From Spirochaetales bacterium (GTDB lineage: Bacteria; Spirochaetota; Spirochaetia; CADAEX01), in assembly GCA_024233785.1 (NCBI GenBank), contig JACKPD010000011.1, positions 5,002 through 69,001 of the forward strand: a DNA stretch of 64,000 nucleotides. Reading direction: 5' to 3'. Each line of letters opens with the position of its first letter. Within the stretch, counting starts at the first letter, position 1. A program made the translations under genes and the position numbers. A model generated the notes under the pieces. It had not been told where the DNA came from. It saw only the letters and a list, made by a program, of their open reading frames with translations, and made no database searches. Shown in pieces: positions 55,281 to 64,000 of the stretch.

Positions 55281-55664
55281 ATGAGGGAATTCAAGTACAA
55301 CCGTCTGTTGATAAAAATTTATTTATGGCTGTCTTTTGCCGCAGCAGGGGCATTGCTGCTTTCCTTTTTTTTCCCGGAGAAAAAAATTGCTGTAGTTTTA
55401 TTTATTCCCATGTTTTTATATTTTATTTACAGAAATATGACAGTGCTGAAAACATTTGAAGACAGATGCGAAATCAGAATTGCTCCGTTTCAGAGTATAC
55501 TTAATGTAAATTACAGTGAAATCCTTAAGATATACTGTGAAAAAAACCTTTTGATTATCTTGCTGGATAACGGGAAAAAAATTAAAGTATCGATGAGTTC
55601 ATTTAACGCATCTGACCGGAATGAGGTTCTTGAAATTCTTAATAAACAATCAAAGGAAAAATAA
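55281..55664 (+). CDS. small membrane protein (two N-terminal TM helices + soluble tail)
   Basis: ATG at 55281 after a GAGGGAG RBS. I recognise no motif. Confidence 0.5.
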   Translation: MREFKYNRLLIKIYLWLSFAAAGALLLSFFFPEKKIAVVLFIPMFLYFIYRNMTVLKTFEDRCEIRIAPFQSILNVNYSEILKIYCEKNLLIILLDNGKKIKVSMSSFNASDRNEVLEILNKQSKEK

Positions 55665-55858
55665 AAGTTAGAGAAAGTAACTGTCCCGGTGTTTACGGCT
55701 TAAAATTCACAGTTAAAGTTTATTTTGCTATTTATTTTATTAAAATGCTGCAATCAAAATAGACAAAAAACAATATTTTATGTATATTGACTGAGCTTTT
55801 CATTTGTTGAATACCGTGCTTCATATATTCAACCTGAAAATAATTTAAGTGTAAAATA

Positions 55859-55931
55859 CGGGCTGTAGCGCAGTTGGTAGCGCGCTTGGTTCGGGACCAA
55901 GAGGCCGCCGGTTCGAATCCGGCCAGCCCGA
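55859..55931 (+). tRNA. tRNA-Pro (anticodon CGG)
   Basis: Hand-folded: acceptor CGGGCTG/CAGCCCG, anticodon stem CTTGG/CCAAG with loop TTCGGGA, and T loop TTCGAAT. Confidence 0.9.
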
Positions 55932-55936
55932 AAAAA

Positions 55937-55964
55937 AGACTGCACTGCAAGGTGCGGTCTTTTT
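55937..55964 (+). terminator. rho-independent terminator after tRNA-Pro
   Basis: The stem AGACTGCAC/GTGCGGTCT (one wobble) is followed by T4-5. Confidence 0.55.
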
Positions 55965-56133
55965 AGCATAAATTGGTTGATTTGGCCTGATGAATCAAAA
56001 TTCCGCCCGAAGGAAATGACAGATTATTGATTCTGATATTTACAGAGTTTATCATGCAGGATATTGACTTCAGTTTAAGCATACCTTTTCCGATTCTATT
56101 AATACATTTATATCTTAAATACAAGGAACATTA

Positions 56134-56940
56134 ATGCAGAAATGGATTTTTGCTTTAATTCTGATAAATATTACAAATATTTCAGCTTTTGCAGGGGAGA
56201 AGATTCATCCTGTTAAAAAAGGGGAAACATTATACAGTATATCAAGAATGTACAATGTTTCACTTGATAAGATACTTATAGAAAACAAGATCGATGATCC
56301 ATCAAGAATTAAAGCCGGATACAAACTTATAATACCCGAAACAAAAGCTTATGACAGTAAGGAATATGTTGTATCTAAGGGTGATACTCTTTACAGTATC
56401 GCAAGAGAAAACAATATTGAAATAGAAACTCTTCTGACTGAGAACAGTTTTACCAAAAAAACAGTAATCAAAATCGGACAGAAAATAAAGATCCCGCTTC
56501 TTAATGATATTGATACCCCGAATACAATCGAAAAATACAATACTGATTCAGGAATTGCTGAAGGGAAAAAAATAGAGAATGGAAAAACCGGATATTACTG
56601 GCCAGTTAATGGTGAAATGAAAAAAATGTCAGGCAAACTTCAGGGTTCCCGAATTTCTGCTAAAATTGGAGATGTTGTTTATTCTGTATCATCAGGGAAA
56701 GTTGTATGGGAAGGGCCTTACAGGGGCTTCGGAAGAGTAATTTTTGTTGAATCTGTTTCAGGATATGTGTATGTTTACGGTGGAAGTGAAAAAACAAATG
56801 TGACTGTAGGAGATTCGGTTGCGCCAGGCTCTGAATTAGGTATTATAGGGTTTAATGTTTATGACAATAAGCCGGCAATGTTTTTCTCAGTTTATAAAGA
56901 TGGTCAGCCTATAGATGTGGAGAAAGCTCCCAGACTTTGA
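56134..56940 (+). CDS. NlpD-like protein: 2 x LysM + degenerate (ligand-less) LytM/M23 domain
   Basis: Two LysM repeats (VKKGETLYSISRMYNV, VSKGDTLYSIARENNI). The C-terminal M23 fold has no HxxxD or HxH motif (LQGSRISA, AMFFSVY instead). Confidence 0.8.
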   Translation: MQKWIFALILINITNISAFAGEKIHPVKKGETLYSISRMYNVSLDKILIENKIDDPSRIKAGYKLIIPETKAYDSKEYVVSKGDTLYSIARENNIEIETLLTENSFTKKTVIKIGQKIKIPLLNDIDTPNTIEKYNTDSGIAEGKKIENGKTGYYWPVNGEMKKMSGKLQGSRISAKIGDVVYSVSSGKVVWEGPYRGFGRVIFVESVSGYVYVYGGSEKTNVTVGDSVAPGSELGIIGFNVYDNKPAMFFSVYKDGQPIDVEKAPRL

Positions 56941-56960
56941 TTTTTTTACAGGTACAATAA

Positions 56961-57953
56961 ATGAAAAAAATAGAAGCCGGGAAAAATATACTCAATAATG
57001 AAAATGATAATAGTAACGGCATCGGAAGGTTAAACAACATTAAAAAAGAGAGAAGTAAAAACCCTGATCCGCTGCTTCTTTATTTAAAACAAATTTCAAA
57101 AATCAAACTCCTCACAATTTCCGAAGAATATGAACTCGGCAAGGAAATTGTAAATTATAAAAATGCACTTGAAGAGATATACAGCAATACCCCTGATGAC
57201 AATAACCTGATTCTGAAAACAAAAGAAAAACTTAATCATTCGAAGTCAAGGATGATCAGGGCTAATCTGCGTCTTGTTGTCTCTATTGCCAAAAAATACC
57301 AGTACAGGGGCCTTACCCTTCTTGATCTGATAGATGAAGGTAATATAGGCCTTATTGAGGCTGTAGAGCGATTTGATTATACCCGGGGCTGCAGGTTTTC
57401 AACATATGGAACATGGTGGATAAAACAGGCGATAATTAAAGCCCTTGCAAATAAAGGGCGGACAATAAGATTACCCATCCATATGCTTAATACCATAAAG
57501 AAATGCTATCTTGTTGCAAAACAGCTTACAAAAGAAAATGGGAAAGAACCTGATTACAATGAAATCAGCAAATACGTAAATATGTCTCCGGAAAGAGTTG
57601 AGGAAGTCATGCAGTATTCCAATGAGACATCTTCACTTGATACAATAATAGATGACGGCAGCACAACCAAACTGGGTGATTTTCTGAGAGATGAAAAGAC
57701 CCTGAGCCCTCTGGAAACAGTGTTTCAGAAAATGCTTCATGAAACAATGGTCAAAATACTTGAACAGCTTTCTGACAGGGAAAAAATGATTATAATGCTC
57801 AGATACGGTTTCGAAGGTGACGGCCCTCACACCCTCCAGGAAACAGGAGAGATTCTGGGAATAACACGGGAAAGAGTAAGACAGATCCAGGAAAAAGCGC
57901 TTATTAAGCTTAAAAAGATGTCAATTATCGATGATTTTAAAAAATACCGTTAG
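56961..57953 (+). CDS. sigma-70-family sigma factor, group 2 / RpoS-like
   Basis: Region 2 reads DLIDEGNIGLIEAVERFDYTRGCRFSTYGTWWIKQAI, and region 4 reads LQETGEILGITRERVRQIQEKAL. At 330 aa it is too short for a spirochaete RpoD. Confidence 0.85.
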   Translation: MKKIEAGKNILNNENDNSNGIGRLNNIKKERSKNPDPLLLYLKQISKIKLLTISEEYELGKEIVNYKNALEEIYSNTPDDNNLILKTKEKLNHSKSRMIRANLRLVVSIAKKYQYRGLTLLDLIDEGNIGLIEAVERFDYTRGCRFSTYGTWWIKQAIIKALANKGRTIRLPIHMLNTIKKCYLVAKQLTKENGKEPDYNEISKYVNMSPERVEEVMQYSNETSSLDTIIDDGSTTKLGDFLRDEKTLSPLETVFQKMLHETMVKILEQLSDREKMIIMLRYGFEGDGPHTLQETGEILGITRERVRQIQEKALIKLKKMSIIDDFKKYR

Positions 57954-57969
57954 CACCTGTCCAAGAAGT

Positions 57970-58389
57970 TTATTTGAATTTTTTATTTTGCCTTTTTTTC
58001 TTGAACTTAAAAAATAATTTACTGAAAAGATCGGATAAAAATCCCAGGATGCGTCTGAATATATTTTTGCTTTTCAGTCTTGAAAGTTTTTTATAAGCAT
58101 CGGAAATTTCATCCGCAGTAAAATCTTTTCTCTGTATGTTTTCTTCAATTTCCATTTCAAGAAGATCAGCCTTGCTGTTGACTTCAATAATAACAGCATT
58201 AATATATTTCCAGCCCAGGCGTTTGGCTGATTCATATCTTCTCTGTCCAGCTATAAGCTGCATTTTGGAATTCAGCACTATGGAGTTCAGCTGGCCGAAT
58301 TTACTCATGCTGTCCATAAGCGGCTGAAGGTCTCCAAGGTTTTTTCTAATCCTTTTTTTCAGTATAATATCTTCGATTTTCACTTCCAT
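57970..58389 (-). CDS. stand-alone ParB N-terminal (ParB/Srx, CTP-binding-fold) domain protein with basic C-terminal tail
   Basis: The arginine-patch block LIAGQRRYESAKRLGW is present, but no HTH follows. The tail is KKKRQNKKFK. I chose the ATG at 58389, 20 nt after the PBP1A stop. Confidence 0.6.
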   Translation of the reverse strand: MEVKIEDIILKKRIRKNLGDLQPLMDSMSKFGQLNSIVLNSKMQLIAGQRRYESAKRLGWKYINAVIIEVNSKADLLEMEIEENIQRKDFTADEISDAYKKLSRLKSKNIFRRILGFLSDLFSKLFFKFKKKRQNKKFK

Positions 58390-58408
58390 AAACAGCCGCC
58401 CTGTATCA

Positions 58409-60946
58409 TCAATCAAGCAGATCCGTGCTTATATTACCTGAATTATCAGAGTTAGTCTCTACCCCGGATTGTTTATTATCCATTTCAGACATTGATTTAA
58501 GAGTCTCATAATCCTGTAAATTAAGGATTTCTTTTTCCAGGTTTTCAAGATCAGCAGAACCTGTGTAAAAATTGTTCTGCAATTTTTTAATAAGTTCCTC
58601 ATTTCTGTCAGATTTAAACTGATGCAGCGTACAAAATTTTCTTGGTTCAGTTCCTGCAATGAATATTTCCGATTTTGTTCCTTCATTACAGTATTCTGTC
58701 GGCAGCATCCCGGAAACAGAACATACCGAAAGTTCTACAAGCCCGCCTGGTTTTTTAAATTCTACCGGCGGCATTTCTGGATTGTTTTCATGAACATCTT
58801 TCATATATCTTGCCCAGACAGGCCCTGCAGCCTGTGCTCCTGTCTGATTCAGACCCAGAGAGTTGCCAGGCATATCAAAACCGAACCATATTGCAGTAGT
58901 CATATAAGGAGAAAACCCGACTGTCCACGCATCTGACCAGTTCTGGGTTGTTCCGGTTTTTCCCCCAAAAGCCATAGGAAAACCGTTAACAAGTCTTCTT
59001 CTGTTGGCAAGTGTACCGTATTCCACAGTGCTTTTCAGCATATCAACCATAATATAGGCAGCCTGCGGACTCATAATCTGAATCCTCTCTCCCTCGCGTT
59101 TCTGATTTGCCCTTAATTCCCGTTCAGGCTCAAGAATTATTTTTCCGCTTCTGTCTTCTATATAGCGTATCCCGATCGGTGTAACTTCTTTGCCCTGATT
59201 TGGAAATGTGGCAAATGCTTTTGCCATCTGGATAGGCGCTACCCCGATAATACCCAATGCCAGGGGGTATTTCCTTGGAAATGTATCTGCAATATCATCA
59301 GGATCTTTTATTCCCAAAAGGCGTGCCGCCCTGTTGATTGCCGCGTCAAATCCAATGAAATCAAGCACCTGAATCGAGGGAATATTCATTGAGTTTGCAA
59401 GTGCATACCTTACGGAAACAGGCCCTTTCCATTCTCCAAGAAAATTATTCGGTGCATACGGTGTGCCGTCATCATTCCGGAACATTACAGGTTTGTCATA
59501 AAGCATTGAGGAAGGGGTAAGCAGTTTTGATGATATTGCAGCAGAATAATACAATGGTTTGAAAGCAGAACCAGGCATAACCTTTGCCTGTACAGCCCTG
59601 TTAAGTTTTTTGGTTTCGAAATCGCTTCCTCCTACCATTGCTTTTATATAACCGGTTTCGTTATCTATGGAAATCAGAGCGCCTTCAACAGTGTTCCGTT
59701 TGATTTTCCCCGCCTGATTTGCCTGGCCCATTCTGGAAATAAATCTTAAATCTGAAGAATCAAAAAGAAATGATAAAGCATTAATGGCAGGGTTAACTAC
59801 TTCGTAATAATTATCATAAGCAAGTTTTTTATCCTGCGAGCCGGCTGATCTTATACTGTCAAGATCAAAAAACAAGGCAAGTGCTTCGACTATTGGCAGG
59901 AACTCCTTATCTGCGAAATTTGTCCTTGTTCCTGCGTTTTCAAGATATGTTTTATTCATTGAAATAAAACCATCCTGCATGTATTTATCTGCTTTCTGCT
60001 GATATTTAAGATCCAGTGTCGTATGTACAACAAGTCCGTCCCTGAAATAATCAAGAGAACCGTATAAAATATCCTCCAGCTCCTGTCTTATATATTCACT
60101 GAAGTAGGGAGCTTTATCATCTTTAACAAGGTAGGCAGTTTCGGAAGAAGAACGGAGCGGATCATATGTTTTATTCCAGTATTCATTAAAAGATAACTCA
60201 GCTTCCTCACGTGTTATATAATTGAGGTCAACCATCTGATTAATAACCTCTTTCTGGATAACACGCGCTCTTGCAGGGTATTTTATCGGGGAATACCGCG
60301 CCGGATTGGCTAGCTGTATAACCAGAATTGCAGATTCAGCTATAGTAAGGTCTCTTGCGGAATGCCGGAAGTAAAACTGAGATGCGGCTTCTACTCCGTA
60401 TGTGTTATGACCGAAATATGATTCATTAAGGTATAATTCAAGTATTTCGTACTTGCTCAGGGTCTTTTCAAGCTGAAGTGCCCACCATAATTCAACAATT
60501 TTTCTTTTTATGGTTTTCTGCGAACGGTCAGCATAATGTTTCCCTGCAACCTGCTGCGTTATAGTGCTGCCTCCTGATACATATTGGCGTGTCATTATTT
60601 TCCATGCTGCGCGGATTATCCCTTTAAGGCTGAAGCCGTTATGCTGAAAAAATTCCCTGTCTTCCCTTGTTATGAGAGCCTGAATAAGGTGTCTTGGAAG
60701 TTCATCTATAGGGATAATCTCCCTTTTCTCATCAGAAAAAAATTCTGTTATAAGATTTCCGTGTATATCAAGTATCTGGGACGGTAGTGAAGGGTGATAT
60801 TCACCGATCGAATTGGACTCGGAAATATTGCGCGTGAGGGCAAACATTACGCCGAACGTTATACCGGATAAAAGAGTTAAAAAAGTAATTAAAGCGACAA
60901 ATATCTGAAGAAGTAATTTTTGTTTTTTAGTGAATAACATGTTCAT
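58409..60946 (-). CDS. class A penicillin-binding protein (PBP1A-type transglycosylase/transpeptidase)
   Basis: GT51 motifs (EDREFFQHNGF, GGSTITQQ), transpeptidase motifs (SAFKP, a KTGT-like GKTGTT) and an N-terminal TM anchor. Confidence 0.95.
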   Translation of the reverse strand: MNMLFTKKQKLLLQIFVALITFLTLLSGITFGVMFALTRNISESNSIGEYHPSLPSQILDIHGNLITEFFSDEKREIIPIDELPRHLIQALITREDREFFQHNGFSLKGIIRAAWKIMTRQYVSGGSTITQQVAGKHYADRSQKTIKRKIVELWWALQLEKTLSKYEILELYLNESYFGHNTYGVEAASQFYFRHSARDLTIAESAILVIQLANPARYSPIKYPARARVIQKEVINQMVDLNYITREEAELSFNEYWNKTYDPLRSSSETAYLVKDDKAPYFSEYIRQELEDILYGSLDYFRDGLVVHTTLDLKYQQKADKYMQDGFISMNKTYLENAGTRTNFADKEFLPIVEALALFFDLDSIRSAGSQDKKLAYDNYYEVVNPAINALSFLFDSSDLRFISRMGQANQAGKIKRNTVEGALISIDNETGYIKAMVGGSDFETKKLNRAVQAKVMPGSAFKPLYYSAAISSKLLTPSSMLYDKPVMFRNDDGTPYAPNNFLGEWKGPVSVRYALANSMNIPSIQVLDFIGFDAAINRAARLLGIKDPDDIADTFPRKYPLALGIIGVAPIQMAKAFATFPNQGKEVTPIGIRYIEDRSGKIILEPERELRANQKREGERIQIMSPQAAYIMVDMLKSTVEYGTLANRRRLVNGFPMAFGGKTGTTQNWSDAWTVGFSPYMTTAIWFGFDMPGNSLGLNQTGAQAAGPVWARYMKDVHENNPEMPPVEFKKPGGLVELSVCSVSGMLPTEYCNEGTKSEIFIAGTEPRKFCTLHQFKSDRNEELIKKLQNNFYTGSADLENLEKEILNLQDYETLKSMSEMDNKQSGVETNSDNSGNISTDLLD

Positions 60947-60976
60947 AGGTTAAAAACAGAGGGGACCTTTGTCAAG

Positions 60977-61012
60977 ATAAAAAACAGACCGGCCCTGTAA
61001 AAGAACCGGTCT
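60977..61012 (-). terminator. rho-independent terminator (minus strand) between the 61110-62096 gene and PBP1A
   Basis: On the minus strand, the stem AGACCGG/CCGGTCT is followed by GTTTTTT. Confidence 0.6.
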
Positions 61013-61029
61013 ACCTCGAGGTATCGAGT

Positions 61030-61063
61030 ATAATATAGTTAACTGGGAGGGGAACTATATTAT
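61030..61063. repeat. perfect 11-bp inverted repeat ATAATATAGTT / AACTATATTAT with a G-rich 12-nt loop
   Basis: Read directly. The loop is AACTGGGAGGGG on the plus strand (CCCCTCCCAGTT on the transcribed minus strand). Confidence 0.6.
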
Positions 61064-61109
61064 CACGACACTTTTATTATCGGCCTGTTGAATATAAGCT
61101 TAATACTTT

Positions 61110-62096
61110 TTATTCTACAGTTACATCAATATCGAGCAATAAATTTATAGTATATTTTTTACCGTTTTCCAGGGCCATTTTTCTACTGAGGCTGTATTGG
61201 CCCAGTTTGAAAATAATCGTATGTTCTCCTTCATTAAGATTGGTAAGCTCTTTTTGTGATGTCAAATTACCGTCAAAATAAACTTCTGCCTCTGAAGGGG
61301 CAAGAATTACAACATGAGGCATTTTTTTTACAAGAACAGCTGAAATTGTACTTTTTTCATTTCTGTTGATTACAACAGATTGTTCAAAAGGGATAAATCC
61401 TTCTTTTTCAATCCTTATTTTTTTTACACCTGTAGAAAGACTGATATTTTCAGTATTCTCATAGGGTTTATTATCAATAAATAATTTGAAGTCTTTTATT
61501 TTATCGGATCCGTTTTTTTTGCCTTCAAAGACATTTACCAGAAGATCTCCTTTGTCAGGATAGATAAAAACAGTTTTAATTTTGATAGTTTCATCAAGAA
61601 GCACATCTGGAATACCTTTCATTACAGGCAGGACTGTCAATAAAAGCGGGAAAAAAGATTTCTTGAAATCATCAGGGGCCAGTATTTGAGTTCCAGGTAT
61701 TATTTCATTTCTGGATGGTTTTGCTGAAAAATAGAATTCAACATAAAATCTGCTTTTATCAGACAATACAAAATATTTTACTGTATCGCCTATATAACTT
61801 GATATTTCAGTTGCTGGTTCGGGGGAAATATTGTTATACACAAAAAGAGCAAAATTACTGGGATATTCCCTTAGTGTTTCAGAAAGTCTTATTTCCATCT
61901 GTATTTTTACAGGCAGGCTGCTGTTATTATCAAGCTGAAAGGCAATAATATCTTCTGGAGATATGCTGATCTCATCAGTTTTTGATAATTCCTGATTAAT
62001 TACAGCAATATTCCTGACAGGTCCCCGGATATTCTCGGAATAAACCTGACTGGATAAAAATAGTAAAAGTGTTAAAAATAAAGTATTAATTCTCAT
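61110..62096 (-). CDS. secreted hypothetical protein, possible PEGA-like beta-rich C-terminus
   Basis: A signal peptide is present. C-terminal segments (KIRIEKEGFIPFEQSVVI, EGEHTIIFKLGQYS) resemble PEGA repeats. The call is tentative. Confidence 0.5.
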   Translation of the reverse strand: MRINTLFLTLLLFLSSQVYSENIRGPVRNIAVINQELSKTDEISISPEDIIAFQLDNNSSLPVKIQMEIRLSETLREYPSNFALFVYNNISPEPATEISSYIGDTVKYFVLSDKSRFYVEFYFSAKPSRNEIIPGTQILAPDDFKKSFFPLLLTVLPVMKGIPDVLLDETIKIKTVFIYPDKGDLLVNVFEGKKNGSDKIKDFKLFIDNKPYENTENISLSTGVKKIRIEKEGFIPFEQSVVINRNEKSTISAVLVKKMPHVVILAPSEAEVYFDGNLTSQKELTNLNEGEHTIIFKLGQYSLSRKMALENGKKYTINLLLDIDVTVE

Positions 62097-62100
62097 ATTA

Positions 62101-62997
62101 TTACTTTTTCCTATTAATAAGTATAAGCGGATCTTCAGCTTTATCTCTGCCCCTTACTTCAAAATGAAGGTGGGGCCCTGTTGAATAGCCAGTATTGCCG
62201 ACTTCTCCGATAATTGTGCCTGCATTAACTGGACTGCCTGATTTTACAAAAGATTTTTTCAAGTGTCCATATACACTTTGGTAAGTACCGGGATGTTTGA
62301 TAATAATATAATTGCCTAGCACTTTGTCATAGCCTGATACAGTCACAATTCCCTTTCCAGCTGCAATAACCGGTGTACCGCCTGGGGCGGCAATGTCAAT
62401 TCCGGGATGAAATGATGGTTCGCCTGTAATAGGGGAGAGCCTCATTCCGTAATATGATGTAATTCTCCCTTTATCCAGCGGGAATCGGAAAAAAGCATCA
62501 AGAAAAAAGGCTCTTTCCGTATTGTTGAATCTTCCATCAATAATATAAGTGAATTTTTCTTTTCTTTCCCTGTAGTTTACAAGAATTTCATTTGAACGGT
62601 CATAAAATCTGGCTGAAAGAAGATATTCCACATCTCCTGACGGCTTTTCTGGTACAAATAACACAGGCTGATTAGGTATTAATATCTCTTTTTTACTTGC
62701 GAATTCGCTTACAGAAGAAATTCTGTTTAAAGTTGTGATAGCTTCATAAGGCAGGTTCAGACGGGATGCAATCATGAAAAGATTTTCTTTACTTCCGGGT
62801 TTGTAGCTGTATAAAGCAAGAGGGACTTCGCCTGTGCCTGAAGAATTTAAAACATAGGATGTTGTAATATCGGATGTAATTTGTCTGAAGATATAGTCAT
62901 CGCTGCCGAGATTCATAATTACCGGATATTCGGAATATGCGGAAAATGGTGTTAAAAATAATAATAGAATTATTAAATAAAATCTTGAAGAAAACAT
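62101..62997 (-). CDS. M23-family metallopeptidase (catalytically intact)
   Basis: HPGIDIAAPGGTPV, GHL and GNTGYSTGPHLHFEV, with a signal peptide. Confidence 0.85.
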   Translation of the reverse strand: MFSSRFYLIILLLFLTPFSAYSEYPVIMNLGSDDYIFRQITSDITTSYVLNSSGTGEVPLALYSYKPGSKENLFMIASRLNLPYEAITTLNRISSVSEFASKKEILIPNQPVLFVPEKPSGDVEYLLSARFYDRSNEILVNYRERKEKFTYIIDGRFNNTERAFFLDAFFRFPLDKGRITSYYGMRLSPITGEPSFHPGIDIAAPGGTPVIAAGKGIVTVSGYDKVLGNYIIIKHPGTYQSVYGHLKKSFVKSGSPVNAGTIIGEVGNTGYSTGPHLHFEVRGRDKAEDPLILINRKK

Positions 62998-63390
62998 TTA
63001 AATATTAAAAAATCTGAATAATCCGGAAATTAAAAAAAGTGTTCCGATAATCAGAATTCCCTGGAGATAGATTCCGTTTTTAAAGAGCAGGATTGAAGAT
63101 AAAAGAAGAACGGCTGCGGATATCAGGAGTAATAATTTCGTAATGAAAATTCCGGAATATTTCAATGAAAATCTCTTTTTTCTTATTCCAGTGACTGCAT
63201 TATAAGCAATATAGCCGGCGGCTCCTGTAAATAAAAGGAGTGTAAAGGCGCTCTTGAATCGCGTCGCTGCTATCCACATAGGTGTAACTATTATAAATGA
63301 CGAGGCTGCAATTAATCCTGCGGAAACCAGAATAAAAAAAAGTATATTTAATAATTCCTTATATGCATCAGTTATTTTTCTTGTTTTCAT
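62998..63390 (-). CDS. small membrane protein (4 TM helices)
   Basis: A hydrophobic 130-aa ORF that abuts the M23 gene and overlaps the TPR gene by 4 nt. Confidence 0.5.
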   Translation of the reverse strand: MKTRKITDAYKELLNILFFILVSAGLIAASSFIIVTPMWIAATRFKSAFTLLLFTGAAGYIAYNAVTGIRKKRFSLKYSGIFITKLLLLISAAVLLLSSILLFKNGIYLQGILIIGTLFLISGLFRFFNI

Positions 63391-64000
63391 CTTGCTGCCT
63401 TGTAAGTATCTTTTTTCTCTGGTATTTCAGTCAGCCGGCTTTTGAAATAAGCTGCATCGAGAGGGCGGTCAAGAAGCGTTGAAATTTCGATCAGATATTC
63501 AAGTACGCTTTTTATCTCTGATTTATTATCAATTACGTCAAATATTTTGATTGATTTAATGAAAAAAGGGTATGCTTCTTCAGGTTTGCTGTTTTTAAGG
63601 TGTACAATGCCCAGCGCCTTATAGTCCTTTGCAAGTCCATAGCTGTTTTCAACTATTCTGTCCTCATCAATTGCCTTATTCAGCATTTCTACAGATTTGC
63701 TGAAATTATTCTGTCTTGAATAAACTGATGCTGCAAGATAATAGTTGGCAGCAAGGCTGGAGTGTGCTTTTTCCCTCAGGTTGATTTCAGAAGCTCTGTC
63801 AATATATGAAATTGCTTCACTGAAATTACCTTTTTTTCTCAAAGATATCGCAACAGTATGATAAACTTCCGCTTTTATCAAAGGATATGATTCTGAATTT
63901 GAAAGAGCTTCATTCAGCAGAGCATCTGATTCTTCAATTTTCCCCTGTTCAATGTAGAGTTCTGCCATATTGCGTGCGGAAATTGCGGTAAGTTCCCTGT
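63387..64000 (-). CDS. TPR-repeat protein, 5' end outside the window
   Basis: The frame stays open from 63968 to the window edge. TPR-like A/Y/L periodicity is seen throughout. Confidence 0.6.
   Translation of the reverse strand, partial: RELTAISARNMAELYIEQGKIEESDALLNEALSNSESYPLIKAEVYHTVAISLRKKGNFSEAISYIDRASEINLREKAHSSLAANYYLAASVYSRQNNFSKSVEMLNKAIDEDRIVENSYGLAKDYKALGIVHLKNSKPEEAYPFFIKSIKIFDVIDNKSEIKSVLEYLIEISTLLDRPLDAAYFKSRLTEIPEKKDTYKAAR

Noticed and set aside
55732-55950. 72-aa minus-strand ORF
   Set aside because: It overlaps tRNA-Pro (55859-55931) on the opposite strand. The translated 'protein' is just the reverse complement of the tRNA plus AT-rich spacer.
60947-60985. Possible promoter TTGACA-N17-TAACCT directly in front of the PBP1A start (minus strand)
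   Set aside because: The -10 candidate is weak and ends only ~5 nt before the ATG, which would imply a leaderless mRNA. There is not enough evidence to call it.

Overview
AT-rich (GC roughly mid-30s % by eye) chromosomal segment that looks spirochaetal (Treponema/Spirochaeta type). The evidence is a flaA sheath-protein gene, the spirochaete-style cheA / cheW(CheR-like fusion) / cheX / cheY operon, and many Cys-lipobox lipoproteins. I count about 60 protein-coding genes and 3 tRNAs (Val-GAC, Val-UAC, Pro-CGG); I saw no rRNA genes, CRISPR array or prophage.

Main blocks:
- 2-7285: a translationally coupled operon for sugar-nucleotide/glycan modification (radical SAM/SPASM, cytidylyltransferase, PseG-like/methyltransferase fusion, ATP-grasp). 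It ends in an amidase and a GerMN-like gene, just upstream of flaA.
- 8577-13317: chemotaxis operon with a tRNA attached at its end.
- 15152-17527: ars-type locus.
- 17569-30233: SpoIID-like gene, a PhoB/PhoR-like two-component pair, NhaC, an aminotransferase with ilvD, a lone RayT/IS200-like Y1 transposase and a U32 peptidase.
- 30432-35125: sulfur-trafficking cluster (split YeeE/YedE, TusA-like, TrxR, two rhodaneses).
- 35256-42422: Arn-like three-component glycosylation locus with an ATP-grasp ligase and an ABC importer.
- 42534-51001: ddl, VanY-like peptidase, lon, recO, recJ, M23 peptidase, rpsU.
- 51217-55130: three tandem LPP20-like lipoproteins plus an HExxH protein.
- 56134-64000: nlpD-like/rpoS-like pair, a small ParB-N protein, PBP1A, an M23 peptidase and a TPR protein.

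The most unusual signal is not a gene. The exact 10-mer GGGACGGAGG occurs 12 times. It falls in all three sense frames, in two antisense frames, and once in intergenic DNA as a hairpin next to the Y1 transposase. That is far above any compositional expectation. All coordinates, motif counts and family assignments come from reading the sequence and ORF translations by eye; no searches were run.
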